A stretch of DNA of 64,000 nucleotides from a bacterium (GTDB lineage: Bacteria > Patescibacteriota > Microgenomatia > Curtissbacterales > GWA2-41-24): assembly GCA_021813945.1 (NCBI GenBank), contig JAKAJD010000002.1, positions 33,343 through 97,342 on the forward strand, written 5' to 3'. Positions 48,762-58,475 of this stretch are shown here, in pieces. A program made the position numbers and the translations under genes. The notes under the pieces were generated by a model, which was not told the DNA's origin, made no database searches, and saw only the letters and a program-made list of their open reading frames with translations. The first letter of the stretch is position 1. The number at the start of each line of letters is the position of its first letter.

Positions 48762-50252
48762 CTATCTTCCACTGTCCTTAACAAACACCTCAGCGCCGTT
48801 TATTTTTGCAACCGAAGTATACCTATTCGCAAGAAGCTTCTCAAGGCCTTCAAAATAACCTATCGAACTTTGGGGTTTGATGATATACGTTGGGGGATTT
48901 TTCTCTAGAGCTCGACTAACTTCCTCCTTGCCATTTGGAACTCCAAAAACATGAAACGAAGTCACGTATCTTGATGGGTTATGAAGATCTGCTATTGCAT
49001 AGAGCCAGGAAATATCTCCCCAAATATAAACCGATTTACCACTGGCCTTATTAAAATATAAAAAGTCAGAAAGTGCCATAATGGTATTAACATTTTTATC
49101 AAAAAAATCGTTATAAGCCCCTTCATTTTTGGCTCCTGTCGAATAGTCGACAAAATTGCGCCAATATCGAATCTGGTTAATCGGGCCGCCTGTTATAAAG
49201 TCCGAAAAAATTAATCTCGTCAGAAAAAGTAGTGGTATAAAAAAGCAAACCGCAAAAATTACCTTAGTTCTGTCGAGCTTAATTTTGGAAAAAGAAATTG
49301 AAGCCAAAAGAAGTGCGGTGCCTGGAGTTGCCTGGACCAAATAGTGTCCGTAAGTTCTCCCCGAAAAATAACTGCCTAAAAAAGAAATTGCCATCCACAG
49401 CAAAAAAAGGTGCCAAACTTCAACTTTTTTAAATTTAACTTTTTTGTAAAATCCATACAAAAAGGCCGCTAAAAGCGGCAAATATTTTGCAATATTTATA
49501 AGTTTCGCGTATTTAGGGCTTTCATTTAGGTAGATACGATAATATGTGTAAGCTGCGAATATGTAGTCACCGACTAGATGTTTTGGAGCAAAGTAGAAAA
49601 TTGTGACAATATATGGGATTAGAAACCCGAAAGTTAGTGCAAAACCCTTTTTAAAAAAATCAAAAAAATTCTCACTAGAAAGAAACAAAAACAACCCCAA
49701 AGCGCCAGCCTCAAATGCCCCAACCTGCTTATATAAAGACGCTATCGCAAATAGTATGCCTGCTAAAAAGCAAGATAACAAATCGAACTTTCGCTTAATA
49801 GCAACCATCATTGCAAGCGAAATTGGCAAGATCATAAATATCTCGGTTAAAGCCAAATCCCCTTCGATAAGCCTTAGTGATGTAATAAACCCAAAGATAC
49901 CGGCAGCCAAAAGCGCTCTTTTTTCGCCCAATACTTCTTGTGCAATTTCGTAAATCACAGCCGCAGTTGCAACTACCACCAAAGCTGCAACCAAATGCAG
50001 CCAAAACATCGAAACCCCGAAAACTTTAAAAATTGCCTGATATGTTAGATAAATCATCGGTGGTTTGTTATCCCAGGCAGTTTGGTACAAAACCCCTCCT
50101 TGATTTAAATTCCTCGCAACAGCAGCAAAAATACCCTCGTCTCCGTACCAGAATGGCTCAAAAATAGAAGGAAATCTCAAAAGAAATGTAGCAAAAAAGA
50201 TAAGGGAAAGAAAAATATGATGTGTCCTAAAATCTTTAACTAATTTTTTCAT
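48762..50252 (-). CDS. GT-C fold glycosyltransferase (ArnT/PMT-like)
   Basis: WYGDEG, WDNKPP, multi-TM, HY. Confidence 0.82.
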   Translation of the reverse strand: MKKLVKDFRTHHIFLSLIFFATFLLRFPSIFEPFWYGDEGIFAAVARNLNQGGVLYQTAWDNKPPMIYLTYQAIFKVFGVSMFWLHLVAALVVVATAAVIYEIAQEVLGEKRALLAAGIFGFITSLRLIEGDLALTEIFMILPISLAMMVAIKRKFDLLSCFLAGILFAIASLYKQVGAFEAGALGLFLFLSSENFFDFFKKGFALTFGFLIPYIVTIFYFAPKHLVGDYIFAAYTYYRIYLNESPKYAKLINIAKYLPLLAAFLYGFYKKVKFKKVEVWHLFLLWMAISFLGSYFSGRTYGHYLVQATPGTALLLASISFSKIKLDRTKVIFAVCFFIPLLFLTRLIFSDFITGGPINQIRYWRNFVDYSTGAKNEGAYNDFFDKNVNTIMALSDFLYFNKASGKSVYIWGDISWLYAIADLHNPSRYVTSFHVFGVPNGKEEVSRALEKNPPTYIIKPQSSIGYFEGLEKLLANRYTSVAKINGAEVFVKDSGR

Positions 50253-51616
50253 TGAGCCTTAAGTTTAAACCCATGATCTTTTATCTCAGTTGTGGGGCCT
50301 GGAGTCATCAAAAATACTTTGCCGCCAATGTCATCACTTAAAGTGACTTTACCGTCTAAAACGTATGTATCCAAAAGACTTTTTCCCGAAAACTGGACTA
50401 ATCCTTCAGGTAAAACCACTAGCTTATTGGTTAAGTTATTTCTTTCCTTATAATAAATTACTTCGGCAAAAGAAGGCAAAACCGTCACAATCGTATCACT
50501 GCTTTTAATTTTACTAACGACATTTTCGCTGTACTGCTCCCTAAAACCTCTAGGCTGGCTTGCAAAAGTTAAATAATCTATAACCAAACTTAAAATTAAA
50601 ATAAAACCAACACTAATTCTAAAAAGTTTCTCAGGTAATTTTTGAGATGCTTGCACAACTATCATCGAAAGTGGAATTGAGGCGCCAATTAAATATCTCC
50701 AGAAAAAAATGGGCCTGAAGGGAAACCTAACACCATCTATTTTTAGCCCTGGCAAAGAAGCCAGAATAAAGGGTACGATTGCCCATAACCATACCAAAAG
50801 ATAAGGTTTTTCAAATTTTTTATGGACTAGATGTTGAATTACACTTACAAGAAGAAGAATAATTGAAATCGAAAATAAAATAGTTCTCCAAATCGACTGA
50901 CTTTCGCCACCCAAAATTCGCTCGAATGCGTCAAAATACGTTTGTTTGAAATCAATAGGTGGAATCCAGTAGCTTGAGCCTACAGAGGCTATTTGGCCCA
51001 AAAGCACCTTAAGCCAAGGCAAAAAGAGAACCCCAATGATGGTATAAAGACCCATCATTCGCCAAAAAATTTTGCGATCAAAAAGTAAAAGATATAACCC
51101 CTGCGCTCCCAAGACAAACAGCATGTAGTAGTGGGTATAAACGCCTAAAGTGGTAAAAAGTATAAAAGAAACGGCTCGAAATTTATTGATTTTTTTTGAA
51201 AGCTCTAAAAGAAAAAAGACCGAACCGGTTGCGGCAAATGCAAACATTGTATAATTTCTAGCCTCAAATGCGTATCTAAAAAAAATAGGGTTTAGCGCCA
51301 CAACTGCTGCAGAAACAATACCGAACTGATGCCCCCTTACATAAGAGGCAAGCTTATAAACCATAAAAACTGTCAGAAAAAAGAAAACAATTGAGGGAAT
51401 TCTACTTATCACCTCTGTAGGCGGAAAAAATTTATACACAAGCTCAATTACGGTGTAATAACCAGGTGGGTGAAAATCCGCTGCAGTGGTTTTGAGCATC
51501 TGGTTATATGGTAGCCTTGAAATCATTGAGGTCCACGCCTCATCACCCCAAAATCCGCGGCTCAAATAGTTTTGGGCAAGTAAAGTAAACACACCTAGTC
51601 CTAAGTATATGCTCAA
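50249..51616 (-). CDS. GT-C fold glycosyltransferase (family 39-like)
   Basis: FWGDEA, DFHPPGYY, EARNY, YTHY. Confidence 0.82.
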   Translation of the reverse strand: MSIYLGLGVFTLLAQNYLSRGFWGDEAWTSMISRLPYNQMLKTTAADFHPPGYYTVIELVYKFFPPTEVISRIPSIVFFFLTVFMVYKLASYVRGHQFGIVSAAVVALNPIFFRYAFEARNYTMFAFAATGSVFFLLELSKKINKFRAVSFILFTTLGVYTHYYMLFVLGAQGLYLLLFDRKIFWRMMGLYTIIGVLFLPWLKVLLGQIASVGSSYWIPPIDFKQTYFDAFERILGGESQSIWRTILFSISIILLLVSVIQHLVHKKFEKPYLLVWLWAIVPFILASLPGLKIDGVRFPFRPIFFWRYLIGASIPLSMIVVQASQKLPEKLFRISVGFILILSLVIDYLTFASQPRGFREQYSENVVSKIKSSDTIVTVLPSFAEVIYYKERNNLTNKLVVLPEGLVQFSGKSLLDTYVLDGKVTLSDDIGGKVFLMTPGPTTEIKDHGFKLKAQ

Positions 51617-51666
51617 AAATTCTCTCTGACAATTAACCTCCCCCTAAAATATGTATAATAAAATTA

Positions 51667-52368
51667 ATGCCCGTAAAAAGAAGCCAAAATAAAGAAAAAA
51701 ATTACAACCTTTCATCTTCTTGGATCATAAATAACACTTCAGGCCTTTTTTTTGGATTTATCTTAGTTTCAGCAGTTGGTTTAGTTTATAGTCTGGTTTT
51801 GTCAATGGACCCAGCACTTAAAGTTTCTGGCTATGCTGTTATATTTGCAGGCATACTTCAGGGTACAATTTTGGCTGAGTGGCAAATTAAAGCGCTCAAA
51901 AGCTCATTTCCGAAGATAAATGCGATAAATTGGATCCTCCTTACCGCAATAGCCTCGGGCTTGGTTTGGTTTTCTGTTATTGCCCTACCTGTATCTAAGA
52001 TTTTTCCAACCGTATCTCAAGAATCTACAAGACAAACTTTTGTTTATACTCAAGCTGCCAAATCATTAAGCATCGGTTTACTTTTCACCTCAACAATAAG
52101 CTTTCTTGCCGGCCTATTCTTAGGGTATATAGTTAGCTTTCTTCAGTGGCTTGAACTTGGAAGGCACGTTAAAACGTCATTTGCTTGGATTTTCTACAGT
52201 TCTCTGGCTTGGGCCTTTGGCTTCAGCTCAATCATAATTTTGTTAACTAAGCTTCCTTACACTAATCTATCAACCCTAGTCTTATCAGCTATACTAACTT
52301 TTCTAGTAAGTTCCTTTATCATTTCCATGGTATCTCTTTTAGGAGTGCTGGCTCTTAAGAAGAAATAA
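51667..52368 (+). CDS. Hypothetical multi-TM protein
   Basis: Repeated G....QW..L....W helices. Confidence 0.75.
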   Translation: MPVKRSQNKEKNYNLSSSWIINNTSGLFFGFILVSAVGLVYSLVLSMDPALKVSGYAVIFAGILQGTILAEWQIKALKSSFPKINAINWILLTAIASGLVWFSVIALPVSKIFPTVSQESTRQTFVYTQAAKSLSIGLLFTSTISFLAGLFLGYIVSFLQWLELGRHVKTSFAWIFYSSLAWAFGFSSIIILLTKLPYTNLSTLVLSAILTFLVSSFIISMVSLLGVLALKKK

Positions 52369-53454
52369 TTAGTGAGCCCCAGACAGCTCTTCCTTCCAGT
52401 CATTAAAACGTTTTGTCAGATCAATACTGTCAAGTGGGAAACTCCCTAAGTTAAATTTTCCAAATCCGTAATTTAAAAGAGTTGCCGCCGCCATGTCTCT
52501 ATCTTGGATAGAACTTGCTCCGGAGATTATGGCCATTAATTTATGCCCTTCACGCTCGGAAGTTACAATTGTTGAATAACCTGCATTTTCCGTATAACCA
52601 ATTTTTAATCCATCAACACCTGGATAAGTTCCCAAAAGGGCATTCCAGTTAGGTAAATCGTAAAGTTTATGATTTTGATTGGCATCAAGCTTCTTATATA
52701 AGTCAGAGGCAGCATTGGCAATATCAGGATAGTTCACTTTTGCATCATGGGCAATTATTGCCAAGTCGTAAACGGTTGAAAAGTGATTTGCATCATCAAG
52801 ACCCGTTGCTGTTACAAAATGCGAATCGGCAGCCCCTAATTTTGAAAGCTTAAAATTTACCAGGCCCATAAAGCCGGATAGGCCTATTCTGTATTCGGAC
52901 CCTATTGAATCTGCTATTGCTTGGGCCGCATCATTAGCACTTGTCATAATGGCTCCCCCTATAGCTTCATCCAATGTTAATTTTTCCCCAGTTTTTAATC
53001 CTAAAATTGTCGGGATTTGTCCGCTGGCATTGTCCGTTACGGAAATCAAATGTTCGCCTCTTGCCAAATCCAGTGCCGTTGTCACAGTCGCCAGCTTAGA
53101 AAGGGAAGCGGGAGCAATTTTCTGCTTTAGGTTCATCGACCATAAAACGTCTCCTGTGTCAAAATCTAAGATTGCACCCGCCTTAATAATCGGCAGTGTG
53201 TCCAAGTATTCACCGGAACCCCAGCCTTTTGGGTGCCAAGTTGAATCGCCTTTAATATTCGCCTGTGCGGCAACCAGTGTAGATTTACTATCCAGAACTG
53301 TAGCAGAGGTTCCTTTTTGCACACTTGGATTCACCACAAACATCAAAGCAATAAGCGCTGACATGATAAAAATTACCAAAATCCTTTTATTGAAAAACCT
53401 CAGTAAGTCTAAAAATCTAAAAAGCCTGTTTTGTAAAGTTGAAAGTGAAATCAT
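52369..53454 (-). CDS. D-alanyl-D-alanine carboxypeptidase (peptidase S11)
   Basis: PASLSK (SxxK), SAN, KIG triad, STVYDL. Confidence 0.88.
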   Translation of the reverse strand: MISLSTLQNRLFRFLDLLRFFNKRILVIFIMSALIALMFVVNPSVQKGTSATVLDSKSTLVAAQANIKGDSTWHPKGWGSGEYLDTLPIIKAGAILDFDTGDVLWSMNLKQKIAPASLSKLATVTTALDLARGEHLISVTDNASGQIPTILGLKTGEKLTLDEAIGGAIMTSANDAAQAIADSIGSEYRIGLSGFMGLVNFKLSKLGAADSHFVTATGLDDANHFSTVYDLAIIAHDAKVNYPDIANAASDLYKKLDANQNHKLYDLPNWNALLGTYPGVDGLKIGYTENAGYSTIVTSEREGHKLMAIISGASSIQDRDMAAATLLNYGFGKFNLGSFPLDSIDLTKRFNDWKEELSGAH

Positions 53455-54662
53455 AGCTTATACGCCAGTTCGCTTGGTGCAAATTTTTCCTTAAGAAGTG
53501 CCCATAAATTATTATCACCAGAATCATATCCCAAGGCCCATATTCCCACTCCCGCCAAATTCTTTTCTTTTGCAAAATCATACTTTAGGCCAAGCGAATT
53601 CTTGTCCTCCATATAGACAACATGCCATCCCTCATTGTCCCAATAGCCCCTCCATGAAACTTTAGCTGTGTTATCCCACCCTCCAACAGGAGTTGTCGCG
53701 AGAAGTTTTTCTGAGTCTGCCTTATCAGCTGTTGTTGGAGTGGCCTCTGTCCAGCTGACGCTATCTGAACGGGGTGACGGATTGTAAGCATAATAATTCC
53801 AGCCATAATAAGGAACGCCAAGAATAATTTTTCGGGGATCGGCTACTTTTATAAAATCGTCAACTGCAGTTGAAACATCATACCAGAATGGACCGTGGCC
53901 ATCGTTGTAACCATAAAGAGGCGCGGAAGGGCCAATAGATTTTGAATCTGGGGTGTAATAATCGTAAGCCATCATAAATATTCCATCAGTAGATTTTGAA
54001 AGAGATGAAATATCGTATATTTTATCGAAGCGTACTGATGATGCCAAAACCGAAACAGTCACATATGGGTTATTAAGCCGTTTATGGAGTTCTCCACTAT
54101 AAAATGCCATAAATTTAGAAAATTGTGATTTTAAAGAATCATCAGATGGAATATATTCGAAATCTATGTTCACGCCATCCAAATTTCGGCTTTTTAAAAC
54201 ATCTACAGAATCATCCGCAAGCCGGCTCCAAGCACTTTCGTCTCCCAAAAAAGTTTCAATATCGGCCGAATTCATTTGCGTTAAAGTAACAACTTTTCTA
54301 ACCTTATGGTCGTTCGCATTTTTGAAAAGGGAAGCAAGCCTTGGTCCATTAAAGGTTTCCCATTCGAAAGATGTTTTATCAATCGACCCGTCGGAATTAA
54401 CCGGCAGCGAAAAATATGCAAAAGTTGTAAGAGTATTCCAATCCACGTTATCTAACTTATCCAACAACCAGAAAGGTGCAAAACCGAAAACTTCGCTAGA
54501 TTTATGCACTACTGGCTGCAAATGAAGCATGCCCTGAATACTTTTGTTTTTTGAGATCAATAATGAACCCAAAAAATATGTTCCAATGATCAAAACCGCA
54601 ACCAGGATAAAAAGCCCAAAAAAAAAGATTCTCCGGAGGGGATCTGGCAGATTTAAGTCCAT
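53451..54662 (-). CDS. Glycoside hydrolase family 18 protein (start 54662 or 54680)
   Basis: DGVNIDFEY, MAYD, LGVPYYG, GVGIWALG. Confidence 0.88.
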   Translation of the reverse strand: MDLNLPDPLRRIFFFGLFILVAVLIIGTYFLGSLLISKNKSIQGMLHLQPVVHKSSEVFGFAPFWLLDKLDNVDWNTLTTFAYFSLPVNSDGSIDKTSFEWETFNGPRLASLFKNANDHKVRKVVTLTQMNSADIETFLGDESAWSRLADDSVDVLKSRNLDGVNIDFEYIPSDDSLKSQFSKFMAFYSGELHKRLNNPYVTVSVLASSVRFDKIYDISSLSKSTDGIFMMAYDYYTPDSKSIGPSAPLYGYNDGHGPFWYDVSTAVDDFIKVADPRKIILGVPYYGWNYYAYNPSPRSDSVSWTEATPTTADKADSEKLLATTPVGGWDNTAKVSWRGYWDNEGWHVVYMEDKNSLGLKYDFAKEKNLAGVGIWALGYDSGDNNLWALLKEKFAPSELAYKL

Positions 54663-54736
54663 GAGTTGCGACTTTACCAAGTGAAAACTTGCATGTCAAA
54701 TTTTAGCTTCAAGGCCAAAAACGATATAATCAATAT

Positions 54737-54994
54737 ATGGATGTACCAAAAGGTGAACCGGAGAAAATCGCCGATATAACAGCTAGAAAAATAATCGACC
54801 TCATTGGCCGCCCCGCTCCTGTCAAACGAATCCGAAATAGCCAACTCGCATCTGCAATCTTAGGGGCGGTAGGTTTTGCTCTTTTTATGAGCGGAGCAGG
54901 TAGAATCCTCGGTGATATTTCGCCACTCACTTCAATTTTTTTGGGAATTTTAGTAATGGTTATTGCAGGGGTTCTATTTCAAAAACTTCAATAA
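54737..54994 (+). CDS. Small 2-TM hypothetical protein
   Basis: Two hydrophobic helices; TATAAT 6 nt upstream. Confidence 0.65.
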   Translation: MDVPKGEPEKIADITARKIIDLIGRPAPVKRIRNSQLASAILGAVGFALFMSGAGRILGDISPLTSIFLGILVMVIAGVLFQKLQ

Positions 54995-55043
54995 CTTCAA
55001 TAACTTGTCTGCCAAGCCTAGGTAAATATTGATTGAATCGTTT

Positions 55044-56075
55044 TTAATTTTCAGGTCTCCACTCACCAGTAGTAAAATCAAGCCCTTTTTTCCCTATATT
55101 TAGCCAATACTTATTTTCTTCAGCGCTAATGTAGTTATTTGAATCAGCCGCACTTGCCCCAATAACATTCATTGCATGTGCAAGTCTCACAAAAAGAGGT
55201 AAAGTTTTTAGCTCATTTTCGCTTAAGCTAATCCCGGCTTTCTGATACTCACTAAGCGCCCATGAGTACATGTCTGGAAATTTTTCAGGATCTTTGGGAT
55301 CAAACAGAAGGTCGCTGCACAGTACAGCCAAGTCGACAATCCGTGGATACCAGTTAGCAACAGAAAAATCAATAATATAAATTTTTCCGTCACTATGCCT
55401 CATAACGTTTGTCGATCTAATGTCTCCGTGAACAAAAGCTTGTGGCAAATCATCTGGCCTGACTAAACTCAATTCGCCCAGCAAACTTTCAATAGTTTGC
55501 CTTTGTCTTTCTTCGATTCGCTCTTTATTTTTCTGGTAAGTTTCTGAAGCATTCGTTATTGCCCACGAGTCTTTTACAGGTGTTGGTTGATATTGGCAAC
55601 TGTTAATTTTGGCAGTTTCTTGAACTACTGCAGCCAGCTCATTTGTACTCAATTGCTCTTGGCTTTCCCACACATTTCCTCCATCTAAATATTCCATAGT
55701 ACATACCCAAACATCACTGTCGCCAATAGATATAGTTGTTAAAGGGGAATGTTCACTATTTGAGTAAATAAACGGAGTTGTTACCTTGCCCCTTCCTAGA
55801 GCTGCTTGAATCATCTCGATATACCTAACGCATTCTTCTTGGCTTCTCCAAGCTGCAAAACATTTTGTGAAGAATTTTCCGTTTGAAGTTTCTAAAACTA
55901 AATTAAAATCTTCGTAACCGTTCTGTTTTATTTCGTGACCTACATAGCTGCCAAAATCATAATTTGCTACAACAGCCTCCATGAATGGTTTTAAATCACC
56001 ATGATAGGCAATTCGTTCTTGAGAACCGATACCTGGATAACTTGAAGGGTGTCTCTCAATTTTTCCAAAGCTCAT
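55044..56075 (-). CDS. APH/homoserine-kinase-II-like phosphotransferase (start 56075 or 56093)
   Basis: GYEDFN, HGDIRSTNV, IIDF, DLA. Confidence 0.82.
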   Translation of the reverse strand: MSFGKIERHPSSYPGIGSQERIAYHGDLKPFMEAVVANYDFGSYVGHEIKQNGYEDFNLVLETSNGKFFTKCFAAWRSQEECVRYIEMIQAALGRGKVTTPFIYSNSEHSPLTTISIGDSDVWVCTMEYLDGGNVWESQEQLSTNELAAVVQETAKINSCQYQPTPVKDSWAITNASETYQKNKERIEERQRQTIESLLGELSLVRPDDLPQAFVHGDIRSTNVMRHSDGKIYIIDFSVANWYPRIVDLAVLCSDLLFDPKDPEKFPDMYSWALSEYQKAGISLSENELKTLPLFVRLAHAMNVIGASAADSNNYISAEENKYWLNIGKKGLDFTTGEWRPEN

Positions 56076-56103
56076 TGTTGGATCAAATATCAAATATCAA
56101 GCA

Positions 56104-56159
56104 TTCTCAGTTACTCTATTCACAGAAAGGGTCTAGTTAGACCTTCTCAGTTACTCTAT
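56104..56159. repeat. 16-bp direct repeat duplicating the 3' end of the GT2 gene
   Basis: TTCTCAGTTACTCTAT at 56104-56119 and 56144-56159. Confidence 0.8.
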
Positions 56160-57627
56160 ATTCGAGATATTTTCCAAGCATCAGCCTTGTGTGAGCATCA
56201 ATTCCTGGTAAAGCGGTAAAAATTAAAGTTACAATTGGCATTAGGATAAATTCAAGTGGCATAGTAAGTTTTTTGAAAAGAGTTGCATGTTCAGATCTTT
56301 TTGGCCTTTGCCTCAAATCGACAACTAAAATAACTGCTAAAAATAGCCAGCAAGTCGTAAGTATCCCAAAAGAAATCCTAGGTAAATTTTGTCCCATTAC
56401 AGTTTGTGCAAATACTGGGTTTAAAAGCACTGGAATTGTTGCACCAAGTGTAACTGCAAACCAATTTACAGGCCAAAGGAAATGATCTTCTAATACAATA
56501 AAAACCCTTACAGTTTTTTTCCAAAAAGGGATGCGCGTTGAAGTTAGCCATTTTTTTATAAAGTAGGCATCATCAGAAACCCCCCAAGCCCAGCGTTTTT
56601 CCTGTTCATATAAATTAAGTAGCGATTTGAAATAACTTGTTGATTCAGCAGCATCGGTAATTGCCGAAAGAAATATTGGTTCAACATCAACGTTTCCGTC
56701 TTTGGCAAAAAAAGTTTTAAAAAATATCCTGAAATCCTCAGGTATTACGTCGACGTCCCAATATCCAACATCGTCTAAAAGTTTCATAGACACCGAATAG
56801 ATCGAGCAGTTAACCAACCTATCTGTCCTCGAATTAACAGCAGTCTGCCAAACTGAAGAAAGTGAACTAATGACCCTAATTGGCGCCGGTACTCTCCAAA
56901 TATTTGCATAAAATAAAACAACCGGCTGCCAAAATCTTAAATATCTGTGCCTGCTAGTTAGAAAGTTATAAGTTAGGCATGAAAAATATTTAGGTGAAAG
57001 CTCGCCGTCTGCATCTTTAGATGTAACAGTCATCATTTTTATATCCATTTTCTTGTCTATTATTAGCTGTTGTTTTGCGACCTTAACCGCATAAGCTTGG
57101 TTGGATGACTTTCCTTTAACTTCTCTTGCGATATCTGGATGGAAAGTCACAATCAAATTCGCAAACGCACCCTTATATTTTTTGGTTAAAATCTGCGCTT
57201 TTTCATAAGCATCATTGCCTTCCCGCTCTTCAAAGGCTAAAACGACCGAAATTTGCTTTTTGTTAAAATCCTGTTTAAGCAAGGATTCAATTCCACGGGT
57301 AATAGTTCCGAGCGGTTCTTTGTAAGTTGGCACAATTACCAAATGATGAATTTTTTTGTAACCTTTAATTTTTTTGGCGTCAGTTAACCAATCGTATTTT
57401 TCACTAGCTCTAAGTTTCAAGTGTGAAACCACTGCAGAAATAGCCATGGCTGCCGATTTATAAAACCAGAAAATATCAAAAAGAATAATATAGTAGGCAA
57501 CGTAATGAGGAATCCAAAAAGAACCCCAAACCGGAAAAAGTATTAAAGTCCACGAAAAAGTCCCTGGCAAAATTTCCAGGAACCGGTGTACCGGTCTATC
57601 GTGTCGCTCAACGAAGTCCTTAACCAT
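56137..57627 (-). CDS. Membrane-bound GT2 family glycosyltransferase
   Basis: PTYKE, GKSSN, DAD, IPED, QEKRW (QxxRW). Confidence 0.88.
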   Translation of the reverse strand: MVKDFVERHDRPVHRFLEILPGTFSWTLILFPVWGSFWIPHYVAYYIILFDIFWFYKSAAMAISAVVSHLKLRASEKYDWLTDAKKIKGYKKIHHLVIVPTYKEPLGTITRGIESLLKQDFNKKQISVVLAFEEREGNDAYEKAQILTKKYKGAFANLIVTFHPDIAREVKGKSSNQAYAVKVAKQQLIIDKKMDIKMMTVTSKDADGELSPKYFSCLTYNFLTSRHRYLRFWQPVVLFYANIWRVPAPIRVISSLSSVWQTAVNSRTDRLVNCSIYSVSMKLLDDVGYWDVDVIPEDFRIFFKTFFAKDGNVDVEPIFLSAITDAAESTSYFKSLLNLYEQEKRWAWGVSDDAYFIKKWLTSTRIPFWKKTVRVFIVLEDHFLWPVNWFAVTLGATIPVLLNPVFAQTVMGQNLPRISFGILTTCWLFLAVILVVDLRQRPKRSEHATLFKKLTMPLEFILMPIVTLIFTALPGIDAHTRLMLGKYLEYRVTEKV

Positions 57628-57662
57628 ACTATCCTCTAGTAATTATACAAATTGGAATTTTA

Positions 57663-58475
57663 TCATAATCGGAACAAATTTTGCGCGTTGGAAGATGTGG
57701 CAGTGGCAATATCATCAAAAGACTGGTTTCTGATTTTACTTAGGAAGCTAGCAATTATTTTAACATTCTCTGGTGTATTTTTCTTGCCACGCAAAGGCTC
57801 TGGAGAAAGGAAAGGGGAATCCGTCTCAACAAGAATTCTCTCAATAGGTGCCGTTTTGGCAACTTCTTGGATCTCAGAAGCGTTTTTGAACGTTACAATT
57901 CCTGAAAACGAAACGTAAAATCCTAAATTCAAAGCTTTCTCCATTGCTCTGAAATCACCGGTCCATGAATGAAAAACGCCTCTTAATTTGGAGTTTGGAG
58001 TTTGGAATTTGGGAATTTGGTCAAATATTTCATCCCAAGCATTCCTACAATGAACAATCAAAGGCAAATTCAAATCAGCCGCCAATTCTATTTGTTCGTC
58101 AAATAATCTTCTCTGAAATTCTTTCTCTTTATCACTTGTTTCTGGTCTTTGGCTACTTGTTTCCAAATGAAAATCCAACCCGCATTCACCAATTCCGACA
58201 ACTCTTTTAGATGATTTGGCAATTTTTTCCAACTCGCCAATCAATTTATCACCATATTGATCGATATCAGTTCTCCCATCTTCCGGATGAATTCCACAAG
58301 TTGCGTAAATCGAAATATCATTGTCTGAGTATTTTTCCGCAATCTCAATGCATTTTTTTGATCCTTCAATCGATGTTCCAATTGTCACAATTTTCAAAAC
58401 TCCAGCCTGCTTGGCTCGATAAATTGTACCTTCCAAATCTTCAACAAAATCCAGATGGGCGTGTGAATCAAGCAT
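57663..58475 (-). CDS. tatD: TatD family hydrolase
   Basis: DSHAHL, GIHP, IGECGLD, HCR, ETDSPFL. Confidence 0.93.
   Translation of the reverse strand: MLDSHAHLDFVEDLEGTIYRAKQAGVLKIVTIGTSIEGSKKCIEIAEKYSDNDISIYATCGIHPEDGRTDIDQYGDKLIGELEKIAKSSKRVVGIGECGLDFHLETSSQRPETSDKEKEFQRRLFDEQIELAADLNLPLIVHCRNAWDEIFDQIPKFQTPNSKLRGVFHSWTGDFRAMEKALNLGFYVSFSGIVTFKNASEIQEVAKTAPIERILVETDSPFLSPEPLRGKKNTPENVKIIASFLSKIRNQSFDDIATATSSNAQNLFRL
57985..58020. repeat. Heptamer tandem repeat (ARTTTGG)n inside tatD
   Basis: AATTTGG AGTTTGG AGTTTGG AATTTGG GAATTTGG. Confidence 0.8.
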
